A stretch of DNA of 59,406 bases, counting the filler, from Sphacelaria rigidula (Eukaryota), in assembly GCA_964200075.2 (NCBI GenBank). It is 7 parts of 7 records of this genome, joined end to end, with 100 filler letters (N's around TTAATTAATTAA, not from the genome) between each part and the next. Parts side by side here need not be neighbours in the genome. Positions count along the whole stretch, not along the records: positions 8,503 to 16,903 come from CAXNAA020011268.1; positions 17,004 to 25,404 come from CAXNAA020011269.1; 5 more parts are not named here. One strand, written 5' to 3'. Shown in pieces: positions 12,101-24,710 of this stretch. A program made the position numbers and the translations under genes. Positions within the stretch are counted from its first letter, which is position 1; each line of letters opens with the position of its first letter. The notes beneath the pieces are model-generated. The model searched no databases and was not told the origin of the DNA. It saw only the letters and a program-made list of their open reading frames with translations.

Positions 12101-13500
12101 GAAGCAGTGGACATTGCTCACGAAGGGTCATCTCGTGTAGCAGCCTTCAAGCGTGAGTACATAAAGATGGATGTCAAGAAACTTTGACGTATCAAAATCA
12201 TGCCCACTCTAACTAGAAACACTCTGACCAGTTTACCTTTGGTTTCATTCCATCAATCCACCGCACGATGAAACACATTCTTGAGTTAGCCGATGCCACG
12301 GCACGACAGCGCTTCAACAACCCCGACTGGGTTGACAGTTGGCAGGCCCCACTGTACAGAGTACTGCACCGTTCAATCGGCCGCCGCTCGCCCGATGTTG
12401 CCGCCTCTTTGACGCAAATCATCGACACCTTCGTCGCCGCGCTGGATCAGGATCGTGCCGATGGGAAGACAGAGCTGATATTGTTGGCTGATCTGGAAAT
12501 ACGCTTAACACGTTAGTTCGATAAGAGCGACCAGACTGGCACTATCAAACATCTTAGCTCGTTTTCGGTAGCATCGAATGTTCCTTTCGCAGACTACCTG
12601 CGCGACTTCAAGCTTTTGGTTCACCACCGTTACTGAACGCCAAAACCGGCCCAGCAATGCCGTGTGTCGAGCGTACGATCGAAATAGCATCGCTCAACAG
12701 TTCCCCACCATGATGACATCACTTTTTCCTGTTGCCTTGGGGAGCGAAGAGGTGCCAGACGCCTCTGTAGGCGCAATGCGGACAGCATTTGTGGACCAAG
12801 ACAGTAATCTCACACCTGCCATTCGTGGTACACCCTGTTCTTCCGGGCCTTCACAGCCCTTGACTTCCCCCTCCGCGAGCACCCCGGGGTATTGTGAACG
12901 GAATCAGACTTCGTCTTGCAACATATGGACACCCACCTCTGCTCATGTGTCGGTCATGAACGTCGGGAGTACGAAGGATCCGTTCGTGCAAGTTTCGACG
13001 CTTGGTCTCACTCTGGAGGCACTTGGGACGATGTTTACATTGCTTCTACAACCGCGTTCATCACGGACGAGCCCCACTTTTGAACTCCTTTGCTTTCACC
13101 TTCAGTTCGACTTGACGCTTCTCGCCGCCACGCTAACACTTGCACCGACTAATTTTAATGGCCATGGTCACAGTATGCGTGACTGCGCCGATGCTTATAT
13201 CAGCATCTTCGGGCTCATGAACCCTAAATCACAGGACAATGAGCCAGCGTGGCGCCGATGGCAAACGCTCATGCGCGATTACCGTACACCTATTCTTAAT
13301 TCTCGCCAACACTTTAATAACCGCGGCAAGACTCGCTGAAATCGCGACCGCCGTCACAACAATAATTGCAACCCTGGTTCCCGCGGAGGAGATGGTTCTT
13401 CTCGCCACCACCAGACTTCCGCTGATAGACACCAGCGCACGGGGCCGACTCAAGATGACTCGAACCGTAACGCCAGAGTCCCTGGCTCATTTCTGACTGA
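9134..13500 (+). pseudogene. Decayed long gag-like ORF of a retroelement; no pol recognised
   Basis: Chain of overlapping frameshifted intronless ORFs (9134-10090, 10030-11079, 10796-11158, 11586-11978, 12268-12516, 12578-13339). Pro/Thr-rich N-part, coiled coil, capsid-like VPFADYLRDFKLLV..QQFPTMMTSLFP, degenerate knuckle (F)NGHGHSMRDC at ~13150-13186, then an R/N/G-rich tail. Confidence 0.5.
9298..9466 (+). repeat. Three in-frame 63-bp (21-aa) tandem repeats
   Basis: RRQIRYIPRVRDSPQFKPPDN / RSSMRYVPRVRDSIHCKTPNT / RSPTCYAPHVRDGP; CAGGGA recurs at 9328, 9391, 9454. Confidence 0.85.
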
Positions 13501-14708
13501 TCGTACTGATCCATGACGCGCCGACGATGTCGTTTTTGCGTTTTCGGCGCCGCCGACACCACATACGAAGACCACTACAACACATCCCGCGGAACAAGTG
13601 ACGACACTTTTTCACTTCGTTTCCTCGGCACAATGTAGTAGCTCCAATGACGGCCGTTCATATCGATCCCCGTCTTCATCCCTTCATACACAGCGTACCA
13701 GTTGCATTGGCTCACCAACCAGCTCCACGCTCGGACCTGGACTTGGTCCTCCAGAACTGAGCGTAAATCTGAGGTGTGAGAACACCAACCGCCCGTCCCT
13801 GAGGCAAGGATTCTCCCAGCGACCGCGCGCACAGGCAGTATTAAACTTCCTTCAACTAGCTCAAGTGTCGCTGATCCGACATTGACCCCTTGAGGACATG
13901 GGACATCCGCCCAGCTTGATCGAGCTCGTTCCTCGCGTTCATTGCACCGCGCGAAATTACCCCTGAATGGTTCTCGAAACAACCCCCCCAATTTACATTC
14001 GGCTATGACTCCTCAACCAAACTTTCCACCGGAATATTCGCAAGTTTTGGCATAGTATGCCCCAATCCTGACATCATCCCCCCAACTGGACGCAGTTGTG
14101 GTATAGCAATATACTTTGGAAGTTCCCCGCACTTAGACACGGCGAGAGAGGAAGCCCCGTCAACATGCCCCCATAAAAGCGCGCGACAACACGAAAACCT
14201 CTCGAGCGGAAAACCTCGACCTTATTCTCTCCAAACCGCGACGATTTTGAGCTCGACAGCTTTACCAGATATCACAGAAGAATTCAATTCGGATATTTCT
14301 GATGTTACCGCCTTCTCAATTGACGACCCTAACACCAAACAGCATGGATCCACTCCCGACTCTGATCCCTTTTATCTCAAGACGATCATCTATGAAATTG
14401 CAAATGACCCGTCCAGCTGTGCTACACCTGGGGATCAGAAATCATTTACGATATCTTCTGGTGAGAAATCTGACCTCTGTAGTTTTCAACTTCTCTCAGC
14501 TTGTGGGCAGGGTTGCGGTAAGACCATCCGATACACCTCCTTCTTTCGCTTGCTACGTGGTAGGGAATGACAAGGTCGTGCATTCGCAGGTTGGGTAAAT
14601 TTTTTGTTTGTGCTATTTCGAGTCACCGCGTTTCCAGAGGTCGGCCTGCTTGATTAATTGCCGCTCATTTTGCATTATGGTGGTGAAAGGTTGGTTGATA
14701 AGTGTGGC

Positions 14709-14878
14709 TTCGCTCTTTAATTAGCCATTCTGGTGACATAGAATGCACGCTGATGATTTTGCGTTTTCGCTGTTTGACTAGCCATACAGGTGACATATAA
14801 TGCACCCTGAGGAGTCTAACTTCGCATTTCGCTCTTTGATTAGCCATGCCGGTGAGATGTAGTTGCACATTGAGGGGC
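14709..14878. repeat. Three degenerate ~57-63-bp tandem units
   Basis: TTCGCT(C/G)TTT(A/G)A(T/C)TAGCCAT...GGTGA(C/G)AT..(A/T)TGCAC..TGA repeated three times. Confidence 0.75.
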
Positions 14879-15667
14879 AAATTTCACATTGACCCAAACA
14901 CATTACTCCAATAACCTCTCAACTCGAAAACCTATGCACATGACCCATAGGTTTCACCTGGAGTAGTGTTCCTTGGAGGATCCTAGGGTTTCCTGTGTCG
15001 AGGAGCAGCCGGTTCTCGCTCTAATTATTTTCTTCTACGGCCTGTCTTGCCTGAGATCTTTTTCTGGTGTTGCCAATGTGAGGAAGGTGTATCGCTAGAG
15101 TAGTCAGAGATCTACGGGGGAGAATACCATCCTGATGCCGAAGGAACTCCGAGACTGGCGATGATTTCCTCTTGTACATGTAGGCAAGAAAGGATCAGAC
15201 GAGAAGTGGTCGCCAAGGGCGACCAGTTCCTCGGGGGATGTTGGACCGTCCTAATATTAGGCTCTTCCTGGCATCACTTCGAGTAGTCTAGTTTCTTGGC
15301 AATACAGGGCCCTCGGTACTCTAGTCTTTCCGGATCGTTCCCACCTTGTCCCTGCTTGCGCTGGTTCTCCATACATATGTGGCATCAGTCTCTGATATGT
15401 CACTGCAAAGAGGTGTCTTCCACATATATATATATATATATTAACATATGGCGAAGCCGTGGTATTTGTAGCATATGAACGACTTCAATTTCTGTACGGG
15501 ATGGTTCTCACCTGAGTATGGACTTTATTTCTCGCGTGAAGGTGAGATGGCCAAGTACTGTACCTATACATATATGTAATATATTTACATATCTGGAGGA
15601 GGCGTCATGTGCATCGCGTATCCATGACTCGAATGGGTGCAGGGGATGGTTTTCAGTATATAGTAAT

Positions 15668-15970
15668 GCGCCCCGGTGGTGCAATGGTCCGACTGTCGCC
15701 GTTAGAGTGGAGAGAAGGAAGGTTCGATTCCCGATGCGTTGGGTTTTTCCTTCGTATTGTCTGATTTCCACCGTGGAAAGGGTGAGAACGTGAGTAAACA
15801 AAATAGTCGACTAAGTTCTTTTTACGTGAGTTGACGCGGTGCGGGAGTGCTGACCCAACCCGCGAGACCAAACTGCAAGGCGCGTATCGGGGGAGAGATG
15901 GGTTGATCACTTGAGATTACGGACTCATCCCGAGGGAGGGAAGGAGTTCAAAGTGTGACAAAAAAAGAAG
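15668..15970 (+). mobile_element. tRNA-headed SINE-like family 2, copy 1
   Basis: GCGCCCCGGTGGTGCAATGGT (A box)...GGTTCGATTCCC (B box); body homologous to 41914-42240 (GACGC.GTGCGGGAG, AAA.TGCAAGG, CCCGAGG). Confidence 0.6.
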
Positions 15971-16466
15971 TACTGCGTTCTTCGTTTTTTTTTGTCGGGG
16001 GTGAAGATGGTGTGGGGGGAGGGGACTTTCCGTTGATGGCCACGAAAAGTCATGAAGTAAATGTTACATGTAACGCAGAGGCACGGTATACGTTGGTGCT
16101 CAATGGCTTGAATGGGTGCACAGGACGGTCAAAATTCGCAACGACATCTGTATGCGGCAAGGCGCCATTAACCTACCTTGTCAATGGCTGAAAAGAGTGT
16201 AGGGGATGGTCTTCATTGTAGAAAGGGCATCATTTGCAAACTTATTCTCCCTCGAAGGTCAGGACGGGGTGGGGGTGGGATGAGGGGGTTCGGGGAGGCT
16301 CCTCGTTGATAGCCACGAAGAATACTGTACTACATATTTATAAATAAACGTGGCAGAGGCGACATATACATTGCTTGACATGGCTGGAATGGGTGTTCGA
16401 GACGGTCTGCGGCATAGTGGGGGCGTACGTTTCTTTGATGTGCTATGGAAGGTGAAGATGGGGGAA

Positions 16467-16742
16467 GGGGTGTACTCATCATCATGCATGCCTTAGTCAT
16501 GAGACCATTGACCTCGCATCCCTATAAAGCCGGGACGGAGNNNNNNNNNNCCAAGCGCGAAGCGCCGTGGTGTTATCGGCGAGTCGCATGAAGGGTGAGC
16601 TGTTTCCTGCTAAGGTTGTTCGGCCCAAAGCCTACTGATGATCTTGCGTTTGGATGACAGCCTTCGATGAGTTACTTCATTTCTAGTATCGCCACTACCT
16701 GAGACAGCCACAGCTTTTACGCTGCCTCATGGGTGCCTCACC
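16467..16742 (-). mobile_element. ~270-bp dispersed retroposon-like repeat (family B)
   Basis: Homologous to 42633-42893, 42331-42406 and 34006-34065. Its terminal ~75 bp (GGGATGCG.GGTCAA.GGTC...GACTAAGGCA...ATGAGTAC.CCCC) also occurs at 25354-25404, 25510-25590 and 38564-38625. Confidence 0.75.
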
Positions 16743-17003
16743 ATTTCGACACTACGTGGTAAGACCATCCCCATTGTGCAGAGGTGAGGTTCTCCCACGC
16801 CGCACAACATGATCTAGCTCGACTACCATCATGGTTACCGCAAAATGAACGCAAGAGAGAAAAAAAAAACGGTAACCTGGTTGTCTAGCTTCCGTAGTGA
16901 GTGNNNNNNNNNNNNNNNNNNNNNNNNNNNNNNNNNNNNNNNNNNNNTTAATTAATTAANNNNNNNNNNNNNNNNNNNNNNNNNNNNNNNNNNNNNNNNN
17001 NNN

Positions 17004-17303
17004 GGGTTCGATTCTCGGAGCGATCTGGGATTTTTTCTCACACCATTCAGAACAGTGGAGAGCGACCATGTCGTGGGTACACAAAATTCGACGCAACGGT
17101 CGACGAGGGAAAGGGACTGCTGGACCCCTCTCGCGATAAAAAAAAGAGGCAAGCATCGCAGACGGACGGTGGGGTACTCAAAACAAATAAAGATAAAAAA
17201 GCTCCTGTGTTGACCTTCCTCCTGTGTGACCCCGGCTGATGCGCCCACATATACCGAAATGTATAGACCGGCGTCCAGAATAGAAGGGACGACAATACAC
17301 ACA
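17004..17303 (+). mobile_element. SINE family 1, 5'-cut by contig start
   Basis: Begins at B box GGGTTCGATTCTC; ends CAGAATAGAAGGGACGACAATACACAC. Confidence 0.85.
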
Positions 17304-18288
17304 TTGCCCTTTTCCCAACTACCCTTCGTATTGTGTACCCATAATAATTGATCTTGCATGAAAGACTCATATACATGGTTGAAGTGCCAGCGGTGGTGAA
17401 TGCAGTCACAATTAGGATGTCACCATGAAAGATGACCTCCGGTTTGGGAAACGCACAACATTGTGCAAGGTTTGCGAAATACCGATATATTACAGAATGT
17501 CGTTTTGAGTGCTGTGGTGGGTAGGAGAGGTCGAAGTTGCTCCAAGGTATTACTGTGGAGACGATGGATTACTGTGGACCAACATGTTTTACATATGATT
17601 ATGATTCCTCGCGCTCTATTTTAGGGGTGGTAACGAACATGACACCAACTCCGGTGGTGGTGTAAATCACAGCCATTTCACTTTAACGAATTCGGCCTCA
17701 TGCTATGTCTCGTACAGTACGAATATTGAATAGTGGTGGTGTCTACACGACTGTAGGGTGCGTAATATATTTACAAACCCACTTGAATACCACCTCCGGG
17801 TGATGACTTTCTGACCCCCAAAACTTCATCACCCGGGAGCTGTGTATACCGTACACGAGTGTGCAATTTAGCTGCACAAAACATTGTGCAGTACAGTGAG
17901 TAACGACATAGGACTAAGTATAAATTGTAATTGTACATGGCACAGACAATTTGTACCTGTACAGAGTCCAGCAATCTTGAATGCTTTGAAATTGAAATAC
18001 GTGGCATGTCATGTATGTCTAAGAAGACATTGCGACAACAGTACAGTAGAGTTTCCGCAACGAAAACTAAACAGAATCAAAACCACTTGTGTCCCGCTGG
18101 TGTGGATTCTCACTGGTATAGATAGACGGAGAGAACTCTCACCACAGCATGTGGAGCCGGTAGCTTCGACTAGATTCCAGTGGCGTACGCGTATCCTTCG
18201 TATGTCATCCATGAACTGCAGTAAAGTTCAGCACATCATTCGAGAGTCAGGTCGAGAGGTGTGACTCGCGAACGTTACAAAAACGTAC

Positions 18289-18477
18289 CTCGCGTGCTTT
18301 GGCTTCCTCTATTTCCACCGCCAGCCACAAATCATTCGACCGACCCAGCCCGAGATAATCATTACTGGTGAAATCTACAAAACAGCGATCACCCTCCGCC
18401 GTCCGCAGCTCACGTAGCGTTCCTTTTTTCCTGCGTCGCTGCAGAGCCTCTTGCATCCATCTCTCTTGCGGGTGCAT
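18289..18477 (-). CDS. bioF: 8-amino-7-oxononanoate synthase (class II PLP aminotransferase), first exon only
   Basis: MHPQERWMQEALQRRRKKGTLRELRTAEGDRCFVDFTSNDYLGLGRS..ARE then GTACGT donor; the L..R...G.LR.L and DF.SNDYLGL motifs match the BioF N-terminus. Further exons not found in this contig. Confidence 0.8.
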
Positions 18478-19747
18478 GGTCTTGCCGGACGCTCGAAGGA
18501 TCGTCTCATGGTGAATGCGGCGACAACACGTTTTTGTGTTCGCTCTCGAGATATGGGCGACATAGAAAAGGTACTACCTTTTTCACATGCTGCACACATA
18601 ACCGTATTTAACCAAAAACGCACAGAGAGCAGCAAAGGCACTTCCAAGAGCTTTCACCTCAGCATAACCACCCCTTCATCAACCGACGACACCAGAGCCA
18701 ACGTCAACATAACACGTTCAACGCCCTGGATAAGCCCAGTGCGGCAGTATCCCTTGTTCTTCGTTCTGGGTGTGGTGAATCTCGTGTGCCCGGGGCTGCT
18801 GTTTGTCCTGTGGATTCCCCTCCAAATCCTGGTCCAAATTTTGCTGTAACAACGCTGTGCTGTTGTGGACCGCCTTGGCGAGAATATCAACACCCACTCT
18901 TGGCGTTGGCCAACTGCAACACGGAAGGTAGGGATAGCATTGAAGCGTAGATCGTATGTCGGGGGTGGGGAACAGGGACAATCTCTACAAGGGTACAGTG
19001 CTGATGACTCTCCTCGGCAAAAGTCGGCCTTCACCGGCAGCCGCTCTTGTATCGCAGTTTACCAGACACCAGACCAGAGCTTGGGCTGGACTCTCTTTCC
19101 GCGGCTGACTCCCTGTACTCGAAGTCCGCATGCCCGAAGTCCCGTAGCTGCAGCAAGAGAGTATGATCGTCTACTACGACGACCTTGAACCATTAACTAG
19201 TATGCCCTGCCTTGCTTGTACCGTATGCTTGTTGTTGTGTGGATGTCGGCAGAATGTATTTCCTTTTACCTTGTTGTGGCCGAATACAGCCTAAAAGCGT
19301 CTCATGTCTTTTGTGCTGGTTCACCGATACTAGTCTCTGTGTGCAGCGGCGTTTGGTATGCAGTGGAGTCTTCGCTGTGTTGAAAGAAAGCAGTGTTCTA
19401 CAGACATGCGCTTGGTGGGGTGTAGGCTTTGACGGAATACCACCTCAGGAGGAGATGGGATTCCCGACATCATTATTAGCATCCCGGTTGGGAGTAGCTA
19501 AAATCACAGTCTACCTCATCAAATCGGATGTATGTCGTTGTACCCGTGTGCTGTGTATTTGATGAACGACAACGTATGCTTTTTTTTTGCACCCAACCCA
19601 TAAAAATTTGCACAAAACCCTCGAAAGCTCAACAGCCGAGTGTACTGTATCGCACCCTGTGTTGTTCCTCATCCGCTGCCCCCCTCTGTTTCTTGCCAAG
19701 GTAACCCATAACGACTGCCGCCGAAGCTATCCCGCCACCCATCCCAG

Positions 19748-22700
19748 AGCCTGCGACACACTCAGTGTACGAAATGCTAGCGAACGGCACCATGCCCATG
19801 TTGCCATCGGCGGCACCTGCCGGCGGCGACCTGCTTGACCGCCGAAATCTCACCGCGTCGCCCAAGTCCGCTACAGCTCTGGCGGAGCCGAACGAGCTGG
19901 GCGCGAACACACCACAGCAACAACCCAAAGAGGCCCAACAAGAGGGGAAGCGGAGCAGCGCACCGCCGTCACCACCGAAGGATGCGTCGTATGCACCAAG
20001 CAGTCCCCCGGCGGCTGCACGCACGAAGCAAATGCCCGCTGGCGGTGGCGGCGACGAGCATGTTCCTCCATGCGTGGGCGATGATGCTGCAGATGTCAAA
20101 CAAGAAGGCGCATCATCCGCGGCAGCAGGAGCAGCTCCGGGAGCGAATGCTACGTCCACAACGACAATCGAAGAATCAATGTCGTTGCCTTCGACTACTG
20201 CTGCTGCCACGGCAAAAAATGTGTCGCCACCGTCGCCTGCAGTCGCGGCGGCGGGGATCACGTCGGTGCCGGCGGGCAGCGTGTCACCTTCCGCAGGGGT
20301 GGTGCGTGATGCCGACAAGGAGAGTCTTGCCCCTGGCGGCGGTAGTGAAACAGCTCAGGGTCGGGGCGGAGATGGTGGTGTTGGCTCTCATGCTCCCCAG
20401 CTGACTACCGCTGCTGCCGCCGCCGCGGGCCCAGCGCGTGGTGACAGTGCGGCTGGTGGACGGGTGGCGGAGGCGGCGTCGGCGGTGGGTGCGGAAGGCG
20501 CCCGAGAATTTGCCGTCCATACCAACGAGGGTGGTAAGAAATCACTCGGCATTTCCGCATCTGGTCGTCAGGACATGATCGCGAACCGGAGCGCACGAGG
20601 AATGGAGACGGAAATGGATGTCGATGCTGCTTCGCTCAAGACATCAACAGTAGCAGCCGCTAACGCCGCCGCGGCGGCGCGAGCGGCTGAGATTTCTATG
20701 CCTTCCCAGTCACGGCCACCGCCAGTCGCCGCTGCAGGCGGAGAGTTGGATGCCCTCCCCGTTAGCAGTGGCGGCAACCTCAAGAGGAAGAACCGTGGCA
20801 ATGACGCGGAGGAAGCTGGTGTTGAGGAAGCGGGATATGCATTTGAGAAAGGGGGTGCGGGCAGCGGAGCAATGGCAATGGAAGCGGATCATGGGGAGAT
20901 AGGATGGGGAGAGGAGCATGAGCAGCCTAATGTGAAGGTTTGTTGCTGTTGGTGTAGTGATCGTGGGTGTGGTACGATGCGTTGCGGGGTGAGTTAGCCG
21001 CACTGCACTGGCTGTCAAATCCGTACCCCCGTTTTTGTTTTTGCTAGGCAGTTGTGCTTTTCTTGGGATTGGTGTGATGCCTGTGTGTGCCTTTTCTTCT
21101 TGTCTTTTCGAATTTTTTGTTGATGCTGGTTTGACTGGCGGGTTCCTCACGTGATTTTTTTCTGACTGTTGTCCATACTGAAATGCTGTACATTTTTCTC
21201 TGGGTACGAACGAGACGTTACTGCAGCCGCCGTGGTATATATGTGCTGTAATAATGAGCTCACTGTAGGTGAGTATCGTTGTGAAAGCCGAACACGCGTG
21301 GCGACGAGGCTTCGACTTCTGAGTTTGCAATGGCTGTGCGTTTGCACATGTGTTGTAGTACAGACGGCACCGTACACTTGGTGTTAGAGTGATTTCTCCT
21401 CACATTTGAAGTTTTCTGGCGAGTGGGGAAGGGGTGCGGGAAAATGGGCCCTATCCGGAGTATACTACAGACAGCGTCGATGACCGCACCGGGTACAGTA
21501 CAAAGTGTACAGCGTATTTCGCCGAGAAGAGGTACACGTGGTCATGTGCTGAAATAGGTGCTGCTGTAGGCTAACTGCACTGCACTGTCCGTACTGTGTG
21601 CACTGTAATGCTGCACTGTCTGTGCTAACGTTTGCTGGCACCAATCAAGCATACTTCTTGGGTATCGAGAATTTTCTATAGGAACAGGGCCATGTTCTGT
21701 GCGGGCAAATATTTTTGCGATGTCCTCATTTCGTGATGGCCACAAAAGTACCCGTACGATGTAATAGCATTATCTCCCCCACTACTTGGTACAACAGTTG
21801 TACTCTACTTCGTTACAGACTGTTTTGTTGCGTCTGTAGTTTTTCAACCCCTTGATTGGGCGGTTTAAACCATTTTGTGTTCAAATGTTTGTGTGTCCTC
21901 ATCTTTTAAGGTTTGTTGCTTCATTTCAGAGTTCAAATCCTCTTGTACTGCAGTGGTGTAGTTTATCCCAAAGGCCTCGTCGCCTTCTGGTGCTACAGTA
22001 CCTCCTACTTCGTATTTTTTTCGTCTGTCCATATTTGACTTAATTTTATTGCATACGTGCTCCCTGCAGTGAAGATCTGCAGGGGCTTTGCATTCCGAAA
22101 AGTATAACTCGGCAGTACCGAATGTGTAAAATGCCGTTCACACTTCGATATATGACTCGTGCGTATGCTTCCCCCGATTCACTCGATTTTTTTAGAAAGT
22201 GCAGTATATTACAGATGACAATGATGGCTGAACTTGCGAATTTTGAATATGACATGTCAGTGTGGATCAAGTTGTTTCTCGCACAGTGGAACGACGTGGC
22301 AAATGAAAATAAAATGTGGGTGGTGGAAAGGTTGGGATGGTTTTGGGGAGGGGGGATTGGATAAGGGAGTGACAGTAGAAATTGAAATCAAACAAAACCA
22401 ACTCGAGGAGCGAACATTGCCCAGCTGTCATAGAACAGTCGATTGATAGAGCTCGGGAATGGTTTGTCTAGCCATTAATCAGTTAAATGGTATACAATGC
22501 TTTCAAGGTATTATTCTCACCACCACATGTGCGGTGGACAGACGAGAACTTGAACCCAAAACTTCTTTTTTTTTCCGCACACGAGGGTGCGGGACTCAAA
22601 ACATCGCTACGCCTCGATATTTCTCGGGGCGTCCGTGCATATGAGAAGGCGAGTTGATCCAATAGAATAGCATATGCATCACGGAGGGTGGGAGGGAGGG

Positions 22701-23576
22701 CGTCTATAAAGTAAGGAGGCTTGTGTGTCGCAGTCACCATGTGTATACACAAGTGCCCCTCGGCGGTTGCGGTATAGTGTTTGTCCCAGTTCACCTCCAA
22801 AATACTCACGGTTGATATTACTTGAGTTGAGTATAAACACCAATATTTGGATATTTGTGGGGCTGACAGTCCCCAGTGCCCCCTCCTAGCGTGCGCAAAA
22901 AAAACGCGTTTTTGTTGGTTTGCCAAACGCACGCTTTGCCTGGGGCACCGTCTGCATCCCCCCCCCCCCCTTGCCCGAGGTTTCTTCTCAGAATGCCGTC
23001 GGGTTGGGCTTGAGGTTACAAGCGTCAGTCCAATATAATGTCAATCATGGAAAATTTAGAGACAAACTGGGGAACAAACCCACCTCCGGCGTTGACAGTC
23101 GACGGAAACCACCTCTGCTAGACAGCAGTGTAGTGCAGTGCTCGGTCTGCCCGGCATGACCGCACTGTGCTGCTGGAACCCCGTACGATACGCACTATGG
23201 TGGTATAGTGCAAATACTTGATATTAGTCCAGCGGATCGGGCTCGTAACGGGTTAATTTTTTCCCGCACCATTTTGGTGAGACGTCCGCTGTAATGCCAT
23301 GAATTGAACTCGTCGATCTACCCAGCCGGTCGTGTTCTACGCACGAGATCTTCCCCAGAGGCAACATCGCCAGCTGAGATACTGTGCAGTAAATGTACGG
23401 AAGGTTATGGCAGCCGCTGACCGATGATGTGCGTTGCATACCCCCTTCTGCTGTGCGACACGTTTCCGCGAGCGCAGAGTCACAAACGTGGACTGGATAC
23501 CAAGTTGCTGGAGGATCCACCGCTGGGAGAAGGATGGGACGAGCACGGCAACGATCTCTCCAAGATTAGAAACGAC
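19748..23576 (+). CDS. Unknown protein, partial: large Ala/Pro/Gly/Ser-rich exon plus a downstream exon
   Basis: ORF 19765-20997 with donor AAG|GTTTGT at 20937/20938; phase-0 exon 23478-23576 (CAG|SHKRGLDTKLLEDPPLGEGWDEHGNDLSKIRND|GTAAGG). 5' boundary uncertain because of an in-frame TAA at 19702. Confidence 0.6.
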
Positions 23577-23710
23577 GTAAGGAGTGTGGGGGTGGGAAAC
23601 GTGATCATGTGTCACGTGTTGTAACTGGAGGAGGATTTTCTTTAGGTCTCCCGTCTTGTCGGTTGTTGTTTGTAGGTGGAAAGTACACATGGTTGGCACT
23701 TGAAAACATG

Positions 23711-23951
23711 CACGGTTCGGACGAATAATTGCCGGTTCGAATCACCAAATCCACGATTTTTCAGGCCTGGTTGCTCGGAAGAGATTAAAAAAAGTTGACC
23801 GTTGGTCAAAATTGTCTCCACGCATTATTCGCGCGCTATTCCACGTGCCTGGGCTGCGCGTACCTGGGTTGAAATGGTGAAGACAAAGCCTGAGGATTGA
23901 TTCGTAAAATCGAATAATTTCCGGACGAATCATTAATTCGTCCGACCCTTG
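23711..23951 (+). mobile_element. hAT-type MITE, copy 2
   Basis: CACGGTTCGGACGAAT...ATTCGTCCGACCCTTG with perfect 8-bp TSD AAAACATG. Confidence 0.9.
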
Positions 23952-24021
23952 AAAACATGTAATATATTTTTTCACCATGAGAATATAATTTGATGACTAG
24001 AATAGCAATATTCCCGATCGT

Positions 24022-24710
24022 TTACCATCGGAGATGGCATAAACAGAGATTACAGGCTTTGGTGATGACTATTATAATCCACTTGCCTAGGTTAGAAGTC
24101 TTCGTCGCCCTCTCTTTGGCAACCCATGCCGCAGCCTTTGCCTTCGCTTTGGCAAGCCCTGCTTCCTTGCTGCTTTGGATGGCGTCTCTGGCATCCTGAG
24201 CCGCATCGCGCGCGTCGCATGCAGCTTCCCTCACATCGAGCTTTGCCTCTCTTGCGTTGACCATCTTCACCAAGTTTGCAGTGTCAAGCTTGCCAGCAGC
24301 GTTCCTTTTACGCTTCGCGGATCGGCTTTGACATAGCGGCCCTTGCTCCTTTTCATCGTGCCCGCAGCTGTGACACAGCTGCACAGGCCCAAACTCGGGG
24401 TCCTGATACTCAACTGGGCGTATCTCAGCCTTTTTTTCGAAATTCAAAATTCCGGCTGGTGGGTAACAAAGCCCTGGTCCTCAGTTCTCTCGTGGAACCG
24501 GTTCTATACGCTGGTTCTCTAACATTGGTTCTATCTTTCATTTCCCGTGTAAAGAAGTATGTTTTGAAGTGCCTGTTTTCATTCCAATCTGCTGCACGCT
24601 GTGTGTTTCTCGCCATGGGACCTGTATCGTCTGACAGCTGTAGTCGTCACCTTTCGTTTTATGCTATGGAAGGCACCGTAATCCTTCTGTGCGCCATTAA
24701 ACGTGTTCAT
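24022..24710 (-). pseudogene. Frameshifted intronless coding relic (CxxC and coiled coil), probably TE-borne
   Basis: Overlapping ORFs 24579-24875, 24425-24616, 24022-24447 (LCHSCGH; AREAKLDVREAACDARDAAQDARD); direct repeat ATAATCCACTTGCCTAGGTT at 24074 and 24834. Confidence 0.35.

Noticed and set aside
15668..15745. Functional tRNA gene (also SINE-1 heads at 7442, 26029, 47942)
   Set aside because: A and B boxes are present but I cannot fold a proper acceptor stem/cloverleaf, and each continues into a repeated body; treated as SINE heads
22565..22905. Possible MITE with T8-CCGCAC / GTGCGC-A8 ends (similar weak case at 30945-31200)
   Set aside because: Inverted similarity is too short and degenerate, with no TSD or second copy
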